DNA of 64,000 nt from an uncultured delta proteobacterium. GTDB taxonomy: Bacteria; Desulfobacterota; Zymogenia; Zymogenales; Zymogenaceae. The stretch is taken from positions 96,001 to 160,000 of the forward strand of contig CAWBYW010000004.1 in NCBI GenBank assembly GCA_963792965.1, written 5' to 3'. Shown in pieces: positions 53,406 to 62,044 of this stretch; position 1 is the stretch's first letter; every line of letters starts with the position of its first letter. The notes under the pieces were generated by a model. It was not told the origin of the DNA. It saw only the letters and a program-made list of their open reading frames with translations, and did no database searches. The translations under genes were made by a program, and so were the position numbers.

Positions 53406-53434
53406 TTTATAACAATTCCTCCCGATAAAATCAA
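53406..53434 (-). promoter_or_regulatory. Sigma70 promoter of purH
   Basis: TTGATT-N17-TATAAA with extended TG. Confidence 0.55.
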
Positions 53435-53440
53435 CTCTTT

Positions 53441-54700
53441 TCATGTCTTTGATTCTCTCGTGATCTTTACCATCATGCGCACGGTGATTCCCCCGAGGAC
53501 CGCGATCATCAAGACGATCGCCCCCCAGAGGATCCAGGGGTACCGCTCGGTGAAAGGGAGCTCGGCCCCGGGGATATATCCGGGGTTGCGAACGATCGCC
53601 CCGAGCGTTACCGGAATTATCGAATTCCTGTCGATATAGGAAAAGAGCTCTTCGATATCATATGACGGGGCCTTGGCCCTCGGGTTGCCGAAGTAGAGGA
53701 TATAGTCCTGGCCGGGTTGGGAAGAAAAGGTGATCTTTCGAGGCACGCCGCCGACGGAGACGTCGGTGATTGCAAGGGGCGGGTCATTCTCGTTTTGGAT
53801 GATGAGCTTGAGGTAGCGGGCCTGAAGCTCGGGGTACTCGACGACGGTGCTGACGCGCCCGAAGCGGGGCGTGGTGATGTCATAGATGGTGGATACATAG
53901 TCCCCGGTGTATTTTGTGGGATCGTCCACGTTTGATGAGAGTACCCTTACCTCCCGCTTGAAGTTTTTGTCCGGTATGGAAAAAGCGACTGAAGATGAGG
54001 GAAGGTTCTTGAAGGAGAGGTCAATGGTGATCTCGGTGGTATTTGACGATTTTTTCTCCTCCTTCCTCATGAAGCTCGGCAGCACCACCGATTCCCCCTT
54101 GTTATCACTGGCAAGGTAGATATCGCCCCCCGGATCGAGGAGTGGCTGCCCTCCGTCGTCCCATATGGTGACCTTCAGGTAGCGGTAATCCGTCGTCGGG
54201 TAGGAGACGGTGAGGTTCTTAATCTTGTGCTCGCCGGTGAGGTCGAATATATAGTCGTCCTTCTTGAGGACAAAAAATGTCTTGTTGTCGGGTGATCCCT
54301 CGATCGTGACGCGACGCACGAAATCGGTGCTCTTGGTGGTGATGACGATGCTGTTTGTCCTGATGCCGCTGTCTCCGATATCGAGCGTGAAGGTCGTATA
54401 GCTCTGGGGGATATATGAGGTATTGAGCGTCTGGGTCTCAATCTTCTTCCTTTCGCTCGTCTTGGTGTTGCTCCAGATTACGTAGGGGACCTCTTTATTG
54501 TCCTTCGTAACGATCCTGAGGTCGGAGAGCGAAGGGTTGGCCTTATCGTAGACTTGCGGGGGAATATTGAAAAAGACGTAGCCGGGCGATGTGCCCTGTA
54601 CGGGCGCGGTAAAGCGGTAGGGTGCGGTATCGAGGGCGGACACAATGCCGGGGAACATCAACGCCGCGGCGGCGATAACCACTATACTATTTCTTTTCAT
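53441..54700 (-). CDS. DUF3999-like exported protein with C-terminal membrane anchor
   Basis: Signal peptide, LSDLRI..EVPY, NENDPPL, LYFGNP..APSYD, C-terminal TM. Confidence 0.7.
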   Translation of the reverse strand: MKRNSIVVIAAAALMFPGIVSALDTAPYRFTAPVQGTSPGYVFFNIPPQVYDKANPSLSDLRIVTKDNKEVPYVIWSNTKTSERKKIETQTLNTSYIPQSYTTFTLDIGDSGIRTNSIVITTKSTDFVRRVTIEGSPDNKTFFVLKKDDYIFDLTGEHKIKNLTVSYPTTDYRYLKVTIWDDGGQPLLDPGGDIYLASDNKGESVVLPSFMRKEEKKSSNTTEITIDLSFKNLPSSSVAFSIPDKNFKREVRVLSSNVDDPTKYTGDYVSTIYDITTPRFGRVSTVVEYPELQARYLKLIIQNENDPPLAITDVSVGGVPRKITFSSQPGQDYILYFGNPRAKAPSYDIEELFSYIDRNSIIPVTLGAIVRNPGYIPGAELPFTERYPWILWGAIVLMIAVLGGITVRMMVKITRESKT

Positions 54701-56531
54701 CTCTTTGCTCCTGCTTTTCTCCGATCACGGCGCCGATGATCTGCTGTCTGAAGCGGGTATAGAGGAACGATACCGCAAGCAGGATGATCCCCAACCCGAT
54801 AAACGAGATTATCCGATAGATGTTCTCAAGCTGCGACAGGTCAAAGATGAAGACCTTGAATATCGTGATGAAGAAGAGGGCGATGGCAAACAGACGCGAC
54901 GGCGCATGTTTCTTGATGAATCCGATGACGGTCAATGCCACCGAATAGGTCGCCCAGATGCCGGACAGCGAGAGCTTCTGGGCGTAAAGGTATTTATTGT
55001 AGAGGCCCATATACGCCTCGTAGGTGGGGAAGGCGGCCGTCTGCGTCTGGAGCCTGGCCAGCGGAACGGCGAAGTAATCGAATGCCTCGATGGACAGGGC
55101 GATCAGCAGGATAACATGGGCGGCCACAAAAAAGGTAATCGATCCCGCCTGCGCATACGAGGCCTCCCTTCTCTTATGGATGAAGTATGCCGAAAGGAAG
55201 GTCGATGCCGCGACCACGAGGGCCGTGAGAAAGCGCTCGTTGAAAAACGAGCGAAAACCGGGCTGAAAGATATCGATGGAAAGGTCCGAAAAGAGGAGCT
55301 TTCCGATGGCGACAACGAGAAGCCCTGCCCCCGCAAGGAGTATACCGCCGCTGTCTGTCTTCGTGCCGATCCAGATCAGTGCGGCGGCGAGCACCGCCCA
55401 GCCCACCGTGATCCAGTTCTTTTCAAGCTGAATAGGGACCATGATGACCAGAAACGCCAGCGCCACGGCCATGAAGGTGAGCGTAAGCCGGGTTTCGGCC
55501 TTGAGCCTTTTATAGGCGATCAGGGAAAGGCCGAGGTAGAAGAAGGCCATGACGCCGGAAAAGAGCCCCATCCAGTCGGGGAATTGATCCCGGAGGTTGT
55601 AGTAGCTGGCCGTGAAGAAACTCGAAGCGACCAGTCCCACGAAGATGAGGTCAAAGACACCCGTTACTTCCTTATGGATGACATTATAGAAGATCGAAAC
55701 GGAGACGAAGATGAGAAAGAAGATTACCAGGAAGAGCTGGGTGGTCGCGTACGGTATCGGCTCTATCGAGTAGAACTTCCCGGCCCACGCGGCAAAGATG
55801 GCGAAGGTGGCGATGAAGGCCACGACATTGAGCCACTTCCAGTTTTTGAAATAGGCGACGGCAAGCACGCCGAGGTCCAGTATGGTGACGTAGGTAAGGA
55901 GCGCCGCCTGCTTGTTCTCTCCCGTCGAGAGGAGGATCGGGTTGAGGTAGCCCCCCAAAAACCCGATGAAAGCGATGGACGACGCATTATGCCTGACCGA
56001 GAGGATGACGGCAAAGAGGGTCACCACGATAAAGAGTATCCTCCCTGCATCCATAGGGATGATCTCGTAAAAGCTTGTGCCGGCAAAGAGGGCAAGGAAG
56101 AGGATGGCGATCCCGCCGCCCGCCAAGCCTTGTGAATAGTATTTATACTTATTCTTCCAGAACTCTCCCCAGCCGATGAAGACGAGACCCACCAGCATTC
56201 CAAGGACGACTCGTCCCGTCGGGCCGATCCAGTTGTTCTCGAAGGCATACTTGATGAAAAATCCCATCCCGATGACGACGGCCACTATTCCGATATAGTT
56301 GAGCCATTTCCCGCCGATTTTGGCCTCGAGCTCCTTCCTGTCCGTGGGCGGCTTCTTAGCCACGGCTTCTCTCGGTGGTGGGGGGGGCGGGGCGGTCTCT
56401 GTGGGGGCGGCGGGCTCGTTGCCCTGTTCGAGGACCTGAAGACGGACTCTCAGATTCGATACGTCCTTCTTGATGGCCTCCAGCTCCGTAAGAACCCGAT
56501 CAATTTTCTTGTCGGGATCATCACCTCTCAT
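54687..56531 (-). CDS. DUF2339-like polytopic membrane protein
   Basis: Coiled-coil and Pro-rich start, LEAKIGGKWL, FFIKYAFEN, KVFIFDLS..RIISFIGLG. Confidence 0.85.
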   Translation of the reverse strand: MRGDDPDKKIDRVLTELEAIKKDVSNLRVRLQVLEQGNEPAAPTETAPPPPPPREAVAKKPPTDRKELEAKIGGKWLNYIGIVAVVIGMGFFIKYAFENNWIGPTGRVVLGMLVGLVFIGWGEFWKNKYKYYSQGLAGGGIAILFLALFAGTSFYEIIPMDAGRILFIVVTLFAVILSVRHNASSIAFIGFLGGYLNPILLSTGENKQAALLTYVTILDLGVLAVAYFKNWKWLNVVAFIATFAIFAAWAGKFYSIEPIPYATTQLFLVIFFLIFVSVSIFYNVIHKEVTGVFDLIFVGLVASSFFTASYYNLRDQFPDWMGLFSGVMAFFYLGLSLIAYKRLKAETRLTLTFMAVALAFLVIMVPIQLEKNWITVGWAVLAAALIWIGTKTDSGGILLAGAGLLVVAIGKLLFSDLSIDIFQPGFRSFFNERFLTALVVAASTFLSAYFIHKRREASYAQAGSITFFVAAHVILLIALSIEAFDYFAVPLARLQTQTAAFPTYEAYMGLYNKYLYAQKLSLSGIWATYSVALTVIGFIKKHAPSRLFAIALFFITIFKVFIFDLSQLENIYRIISFIGLGIILLAVSFLYTRFRQQIIGAVIGEKQEQRDEKK

Positions 56532-58135
56532 GGCTTGGACTCCTCAAACGAAAGACTATTGATAAAAAGGTCGGCAAATCGTTTGTCGGACGAGAGCTCG
56601 ATATAATGAACCCGGTCGGCGAGCCCTTCAATCTGGGTACGCGCCCGATCGGAGAGGGCCGCATCGGTCGCCCCCGTGAGGGCCGCGTCGCCCACGAAGG
56701 CGATCTTATCCAGCAAGGACTCCGGCAGGAGCCCGACGCCGACGATGCTCGTTCTTTTGAGGTAGTTTCCGAAGGCGCCGGCGATCAGCACCCGATCGAT
56801 ATCCCCCCAGCCGATCCCCATCTCGTCAAGGAGAATCCTGACGCCCGAGTGGATCGCCCCCTTGGCAAGCTGGATCTCGCGGATGTCCTTCTGGGTGATC
56901 CCGACCGTGGTCTTCTTGTCGGCGAAGAGGGCAAATTCGGTGACCCCGTCACTCTTCCTGACCCGATCGCGGAGGTGCGGGGACGTGCTATTGTCCACGA
57001 TCCTCCCCTTGGGGTCGATCAGATGGGATTTTTTCATCTGTGCCACGGCGTCGATCAGACCTGAGCCGCAAATGCCGCGGGGTCTTCCGTTTCCCTTCAC
57101 GGAAATCTTCACCGTATCATTGTCGATCACGACCCCCTCTATGGCCCCGACGTCGGCCCTCATCCCGTCCCTGATGTGGGCCCCCTCGAATGCGGGGCCG
57201 GCTGCGGTCGAACACGAGAGGAGCCGCCGGCGGTTTCCCAGGACGATTTCACCGTTTGTCCCGATATCTATCCCGAGGATCGCTTCGTCGGATTCGTGTA
57301 TCTTCGCAGACCAGATGAAGGCGAGTGTGTCTCCGCCCACGTATCCCGAGAGGACCGGGAATACCCATGCGCGAGCCCTCGGTGCAAGCGAAATACCGAG
57401 GTCTTCGGCGGCCGCTTCCTGGGCGCCTCGAAAGGAAGGCGTGAAGGGAGCAAAGGCGATCGGCGAGGGGTCTATCCCGAGAAAAAGGTGCTCCATCGTC
57501 GGGTTTCCCGCAAGGGTCATGCCCTCGATCGCCGCCGTCGTCGTGCCGATCCGGGCCGTGAGCTTGACGGCCAGGTCGTATATCGCACCGGCCGCGAGGG
57601 CCTGCTGGCGGGCGAGCGCCTTGTTGTCTGCGATGACGGCGTTGATACGGGAGATTACGTCGGCGCCGAAGGAGGCCTGGGGGTTGAGAACGGACCCAAG
57701 GGCAAGGACTTCCTGCGTCGTGCGGTCGGTCAGGGCGGCCGCGATACTCGTTGTGCCGAGGTCGACCGCCAAAAAGAGGGGCCCGAAGGGTCCGGAAGAC
57801 TTGGAGAGAACCCTGACCTCCTCCCACCCCTTTCCCGTACCGGCCACGCGGGAACCGGGAGGAATCTCAATGGTCATGTCACCGGCAACTATGAGCCGGC
57901 AGGCAAGCCTCATCCCCTCGGCGAGGGCCGCCTGGGACAGGAATTTTCTCTCTTCGGGCGTTGGGTCGGCGGCCCCTTTGGTCACCCTCACGACGCATTT
58001 GCCGCAGCGTCCCTGGCCGCCGCAAGGGAAATTGACGAGAATGCCGCTCTCTCCCATGACCGCGGCCAACGACTCCCCCGCTTCTCCGGTGAAATGTAAT
58101 CGCTCGGGGAGAATCGTGACCCTATGTCGTGCCAT
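56528..58135 (-). CDS. RACo/DUF4445-type ASKHA ATPase with N-terminal 2Fe-2S ferredoxin (corrinoid reductive activator family)
   Basis: CGGQGRCGKC..RLAC, DLGTTS, GADVISRI, DIGTNGE, AAGPAFEG, GICGSG, AGAFG. Confidence 0.92.
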   Translation of the reverse strand: MARHRVTILPERLHFTGEAGESLAAVMGESGILVNFPCGGQGRCGKCVVRVTKGAADPTPEERKFLSQAALAEGMRLACRLIVAGDMTIEIPPGSRVAGTGKGWEEVRVLSKSSGPFGPLFLAVDLGTTSIAAALTDRTTQEVLALGSVLNPQASFGADVISRINAVIADNKALARQQALAAGAIYDLAVKLTARIGTTTAAIEGMTLAGNPTMEHLFLGIDPSPIAFAPFTPSFRGAQEAAAEDLGISLAPRARAWVFPVLSGYVGGDTLAFIWSAKIHESDEAILGIDIGTNGEIVLGNRRRLLSCSTAAGPAFEGAHIRDGMRADVGAIEGVVIDNDTVKISVKGNGRPRGICGSGLIDAVAQMKKSHLIDPKGRIVDNSTSPHLRDRVRKSDGVTEFALFADKKTTVGITQKDIREIQLAKGAIHSGVRILLDEMGIGWGDIDRVLIAGAFGNYLKRTSIVGVGLLPESLLDKIAFVGDAALTGATDAALSDRARTQIEGLADRVHYIELSSDKRFADLFINSLSFEESKP

Positions 58136-59457
58136 TAACGCTTACGTTCCTTAAAGTAGAAGGGGGCCTCGATCGTCTCAATCCCGTCCTTAATCTTCTT
58201 GATGTACAGATGGTGGAGGATCTTCGTGACCGTATCCCCCTCGGCGGTGGTATCCTTACGGTACACCTCGAACAGTGGGAGCCAGTTGCGCTTGAACCCG
58301 TCGTCATAAAGGGGCAGGGGATAGAGAAGGGCGGTCGATTCCTCGCCGGATTTTAGCATTCTCCGGTCGTAGGCGGGGAAAAGGTATATCCAGAGTTCTT
58401 GGCTGCCGTCCGCGTATTTCGTTTCTATGTATTTGTCAATAAGCATGAAGCGGTGGCTATCTTCATTCATTTTGGGAGAGGTAAAATGTCCCTCGGTATA
58501 GATCGGATAGAAGAAATACCGACTCTCGTCGACACTATCGTTTTGGGTGGTCACCCGCTTTCGGTAAAAAGGTGCGAATTGCGTGAGGGAAAGAGTATCC
58601 GATCGGGCGATGGCCACAAAGGGCCACGGCATGTCGATCCGTCGGTAGTTGGTGTCCTTATCGTAAGAGACGGAGAAGAGAGGCCAGAGGTACGATGTCG
58701 ACCAGGAGTGGGGAGTCTGGCGGTGCGCGTAAAAGGGGATGAAAAGGGTGTCGGTCATCGGGGAGTCGGTATTAAGATATCTTCCCCGGAACGTGACCAG
58801 GGGGAAGAGATAGAACGTCTTGTAGTTTACCCCGGTCTCCTCCTCGTGTCCCCACAGGGGGAAGACCCTCATCCCCCAGCCGTTTGCCCCCGTGGTCTTC
58901 TTGAAGACGGGCCAGAGGACGCTGTGGGAGACAAACCCGTCTTCCTTCGTCCGGGAGTAGACCGGCCACAACAGGAACATGATTTCATCCTTGCCGAAAC
59001 GGTGCTTTACCGTGCCGTATAAGGGGAAGAGGCCGCCGTAAGACTCTCCTTCCTCCGAAGTCCCCCAATAGAGGGGGAAATAGTCGCTGGAGGTCCGGGT
59101 CTTATTCGGGTAGATGTCGTCGGTTTGTTCCTTGATGAGGGGCACAAGCATGAATTTCTTATCTTGCCCATTTTTCTTGAACTTCATGAGGGGGTAGAGG
59201 ATATCGATAACCGTGGAATCGGCCGAGGTGTCCTTTACGATCGAGAAGAGGGGTCGAATAGAGAACTCACTCTTTCCCTCCTTAGACCGGTGATAGTAGG
59301 CCAAGGGGGTAAGAATAGAGACTGTTTTCGTGCCTTCCTTTTCATCCTCGTTATAGTAGACAAAAGGCCAGACGTTGAGGTGTTTCCCTCCGGGATAGGC
59401 GCACGTCGAGGTGAACAACAAAATGACGCCGAGACAGAGAATTGCCGCTCGCTTCAT
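58135..59457 (-). CDS. Uncharacterised repeat-containing putative lipoprotein
   Basis: Signal peptide with Cys; about 20 repeats of hydrophobic-(W/F/Y)-P-(L/F/V)-(Y/F). Confidence 0.75.
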   Translation of the reverse strand: MKRAAILCLGVILLFTSTCAYPGGKHLNVWPFVYYNEDEKEGTKTVSILTPLAYYHRSKEGKSEFSIRPLFSIVKDTSADSTVIDILYPLMKFKKNGQDKKFMLVPLIKEQTDDIYPNKTRTSSDYFPLYWGTSEEGESYGGLFPLYGTVKHRFGKDEIMFLLWPVYSRTKEDGFVSHSVLWPVFKKTTGANGWGMRVFPLWGHEEETGVNYKTFYLFPLVTFRGRYLNTDSPMTDTLFIPFYAHRQTPHSWSTSYLWPLFSVSYDKDTNYRRIDMPWPFVAIARSDTLSLTQFAPFYRKRVTTQNDSVDESRYFFYPIYTEGHFTSPKMNEDSHRFMLIDKYIETKYADGSQELWIYLFPAYDRRMLKSGEESTALLYPLPLYDDGFKRNWLPLFEVYRKDTTAEGDTVTKILHHLYIKKIKDGIETIEAPFYFKERKR

Positions 59458-59638
59458 GCTAAACCCTTATACCCCCGCCGGGGAAGATGAATATCGGACG
59501 ATCCACTCAAACCTTCATACCGCCGGCAGCCTCCCCGAAGACCGGTGATTTCATGAACGGTGACCGGCGGCTCGCACCTACATTTTTTGGCCGGGTCACG
59601 GGGGGAAGTCAGGGGTTTTCCCGTGCCCGGCCTTTAGC

Positions 59639-60424
59639 CTAAAAAACCAGGCTGAAGATGGTGGACAGAACGGTGATGGGAGTCATTTCCTCGATTCCCT
59701 CCGCAGCCTTCTTGGCCTCCCGCATGGTGTTGGTCGACTCGTTATAGAGACTGTCATCCTTGACGAGTTTCCCGAGGGTCCCCTCGCCCTTGTTGACCTT
59801 GTTTGCCATATTCTTCACGTCAGTATAGAGCGTATCGTCGTTCATCAGTTTACCGAGCGTGCCTTCTCCGCGGTTGAGCTTGGCCGTGATGTTCGACAGG
59901 TTGCCCGTGGTATCCTTCATGTTGGCCACGATCGCCTTAAGGTCTTTCTTGCCTTCCTCGCTGCCGAGGACATCCTCGAGGCTCGAGGTTATCTTCTGAA
60001 CGCTCATCAGCACATCGCCCAGATCGGCCTCCGCGATCGAATTGGTGATGGTGTCTCCGTTGGCCAGTGTACCGCTGGCGGGTGTCCCGGGAAGAATCAT
60101 GACGTACTTATCTCCGAGAGCACCGAAGGTCTTGAGCTCGATGCTGGCGTCCCTATAGATGACGGTATTGGGGTAGATGGTCATGGAGATCTTCGCCTTC
60201 TCGCCTGCCAGCGTAATCTGGTCCACTTCCCCGACCTCGACGCCGGCGATGCGCACGGAACCCCCCGGGTTGAGGCCGGCGACATCGGAGAATTCCGCGT
60301 AGAGGGTATAGCCGTGCCCTTTCGTCAGGCGGTATTGGCCGATAAAGAGGGTAATGAGACCGATAATGGCAATGGCCGTAAGAACAAACAGCCCAACCTT
60401 CAATTCTAATGATCGATCGCTCAT
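59639..60424 (-). CDS. mlaD: MCE/MlaD family protein
   Basis: KVGLFV TM, F.DVAGL..G.SVRIAGVEVGEV, LGDKY, repeated GEGTLGKL. Confidence 0.92.
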   Translation of the reverse strand: MSDRSLELKVGLFVLTAIAIIGLITLFIGQYRLTKGHGYTLYAEFSDVAGLNPGGSVRIAGVEVGEVDQITLAGEKAKISMTIYPNTVIYRDASIELKTFGALGDKYVMILPGTPASGTLANGDTITNSIAEADLGDVLMSVQKITSSLEDVLGSEEGKKDLKAIVANMKDTTGNLSNITAKLNRGEGTLGKLMNDDTLYTDVKNMANKVNKGEGTLGKLVKDDSLYNESTNTMREAKKAAEGIEEMTPITVLSTIFSLVF

Positions 60425-60443
60425 AGTTTACCTCCCCTTTTTA

Positions 60444-61187
60444 TTACCCATGTGTCGCCTCGTTGAGATCGCCTGCAATGTACCCCGCGATGAGAGGATC
60501 CTTCGACGCCTTGAACTGAGCGGGCGTTCCCTCCGCATAGATCTTCCCTTTGTAGAGCATAGCGATCTTGTCGGCCACGGCAAGGGTGAACTTTATATTA
60601 TGACTGATGATGACGTAGGTTATCCTCTTGGTTTTGTGCGTGTCGCGTATCAGATCCGTGATGGAGTTCTCCGTGATCGGGTCAAGCCCCGACGTCGGCT
60701 CGTCGAAGAGGACGACCTTCGGATCGGTTACGAGCGCCCGGGCAAGCGCCGCCCGTTTTTTCATTCCGCCCGATAGCTCCGAGGGCATCTTTTCTTCCAT
60801 CCCCGTCAACCCGACCTCCTTTATCAGGAGGTCTACCCGCGGCTTGATCTGTTTCATGGGAAGCCGCTCTCGCTCGGTCAGGGGAAAGGCGATGTTATCC
60901 CAGACGTCGAGCGAGTCAAAGAGCGCTCCTTCCTGGAACAGCATGCCGAAGTGAACCCTGATCTTATTGAGGTCCTTTTCCTGCATGGCGCTGATCTCGT
61001 CGCCGTCGACGAAGATCTTGCCGCTGTCGGGTTTCATGAGCCCGATGAGGTGTTTTAGGAGGACCGATTTGCCGGCGCCGCTCCTGCCGAGTATTACGGT
61101 GATCTCGCCGTCGCGTATCGTGAGGTTTATTCCGCCCAGCGCCTCCTCGGCGCCAAAGGATTTGTGAAGGTCAACAATCTTGATCAT
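60444..61187 (-). CDS. mlaF: MlaF-type ABC ATPase
   Basis: GRSGAGKS, FQEGALFDS, LSGGMKKR, DEPTSGLDP. Confidence 0.92.
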   Translation of the reverse strand: MIKIVDLHKSFGAEEALGGINLTIRDGEITVILGRSGAGKSVLLKHLIGLMKPDSGKIFVDGDEISAMQEKDLNKIRVHFGMLFQEGALFDSLDVWDNIAFPLTERERLPMKQIKPRVDLLIKEVGLTGMEEKMPSELSGGMKKRAALARALVTDPKVVLFDEPTSGLDPITENSITDLIRDTHKTKRITYVIISHNIKFTLAVADKIAMLYKGKIYAEGTPAQFKASKDPLIAGYIAGDLNEATHG

Positions 61188-61204
61188 GGATACGACTGCC
61201 CTCC

Positions 61205-61978
61205 CTATTTGAACATGATTGCGGTCAGGATGTAATCGGCGACGACGATCGTGACGCTGGACGCGACCACTGCACGGGTGGTGGCCCTGCCCACGCCCTC
61301 CGCGCCGCCCTCCGCGTACAGGCCGTAGTAGCATCCGATGAGGGTCAAAAAAAGCCCGAAGAAGAGCGACTTGATCATCCCGTTGGTGTAATCGCTCATC
61401 AGCAATAGATCGTGTACGTGCGCCAAGAAATCGCCGCCGTTAATGTGGAGGATAACCACGCCCACAAAATAGGAAGCGATAAACCCCGTGAACGAGAAGA
61501 CCGATGCCAGGACGGGCATCATCGTAATGCCGGCGATGATCCGCGGGACGACGAGATATTGGACCGGGCTGATGGACATCGAGGTCAGCGCGTCGATCTG
61601 CTCGGTGACGCGCATGGTGCCGATCTCGGCCGCCATGGCGGAGCCCGCGCGTGCGATGATCATGATGGCCGCGATCACCGGCCCCATCTCGCGGGCCATG
61701 CTCACGGCGACGGTCGCCCCCACAAGGCTCTGCATATTGATGTGGCGAAAGGTCAGATACCCCTGCAGCGCCAGCACCATCCCGGTGAATGCGCCGGTGA
61801 GGACGATGACGGGCATCGACTTGAAACCGACGAAATCAATCTGGCGCAGGAGGTTCCTCACCCGGTAGGGAGGGACGAACGTCCAGCGGACAGTATCGAC
61901 AAACAGAAGGGCCAGCCTGCCGAAGTGCTGAACTTTCTCGGAAATCCATTCGAGAACAATCGTCGGAGCACTGATCAT
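61205..61978 (-). CDS. mlaE: MlaE-type ABC permease
   Basis: REMGP, RAGSAMAAEIGTMRVTEQIDAL, GAEGVGRAT. Confidence 0.94.
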   Translation of the reverse strand: MISAPTIVLEWISEKVQHFGRLALLFVDTVRWTFVPPYRVRNLLRQIDFVGFKSMPVIVLTGAFTGMVLALQGYLTFRHINMQSLVGATVAVSMAREMGPVIAAIMIIARAGSAMAAEIGTMRVTEQIDALTSMSISPVQYLVVPRIIAGITMMPVLASVFSFTGFIASYFVGVVILHINGGDFLAHVHDLLLMSDYTNGMIKSLFFGLFLTLIGCYYGLYAEGGAEGVGRATTRAVVASSVTIVVADYILTAIMFK

Positions 61979-62044
61979 GGAGGTCTCTCCTGTATGTAAG
62001 AAATGATTACATGCTATACACTATATAATGGTATTTTTGATATT

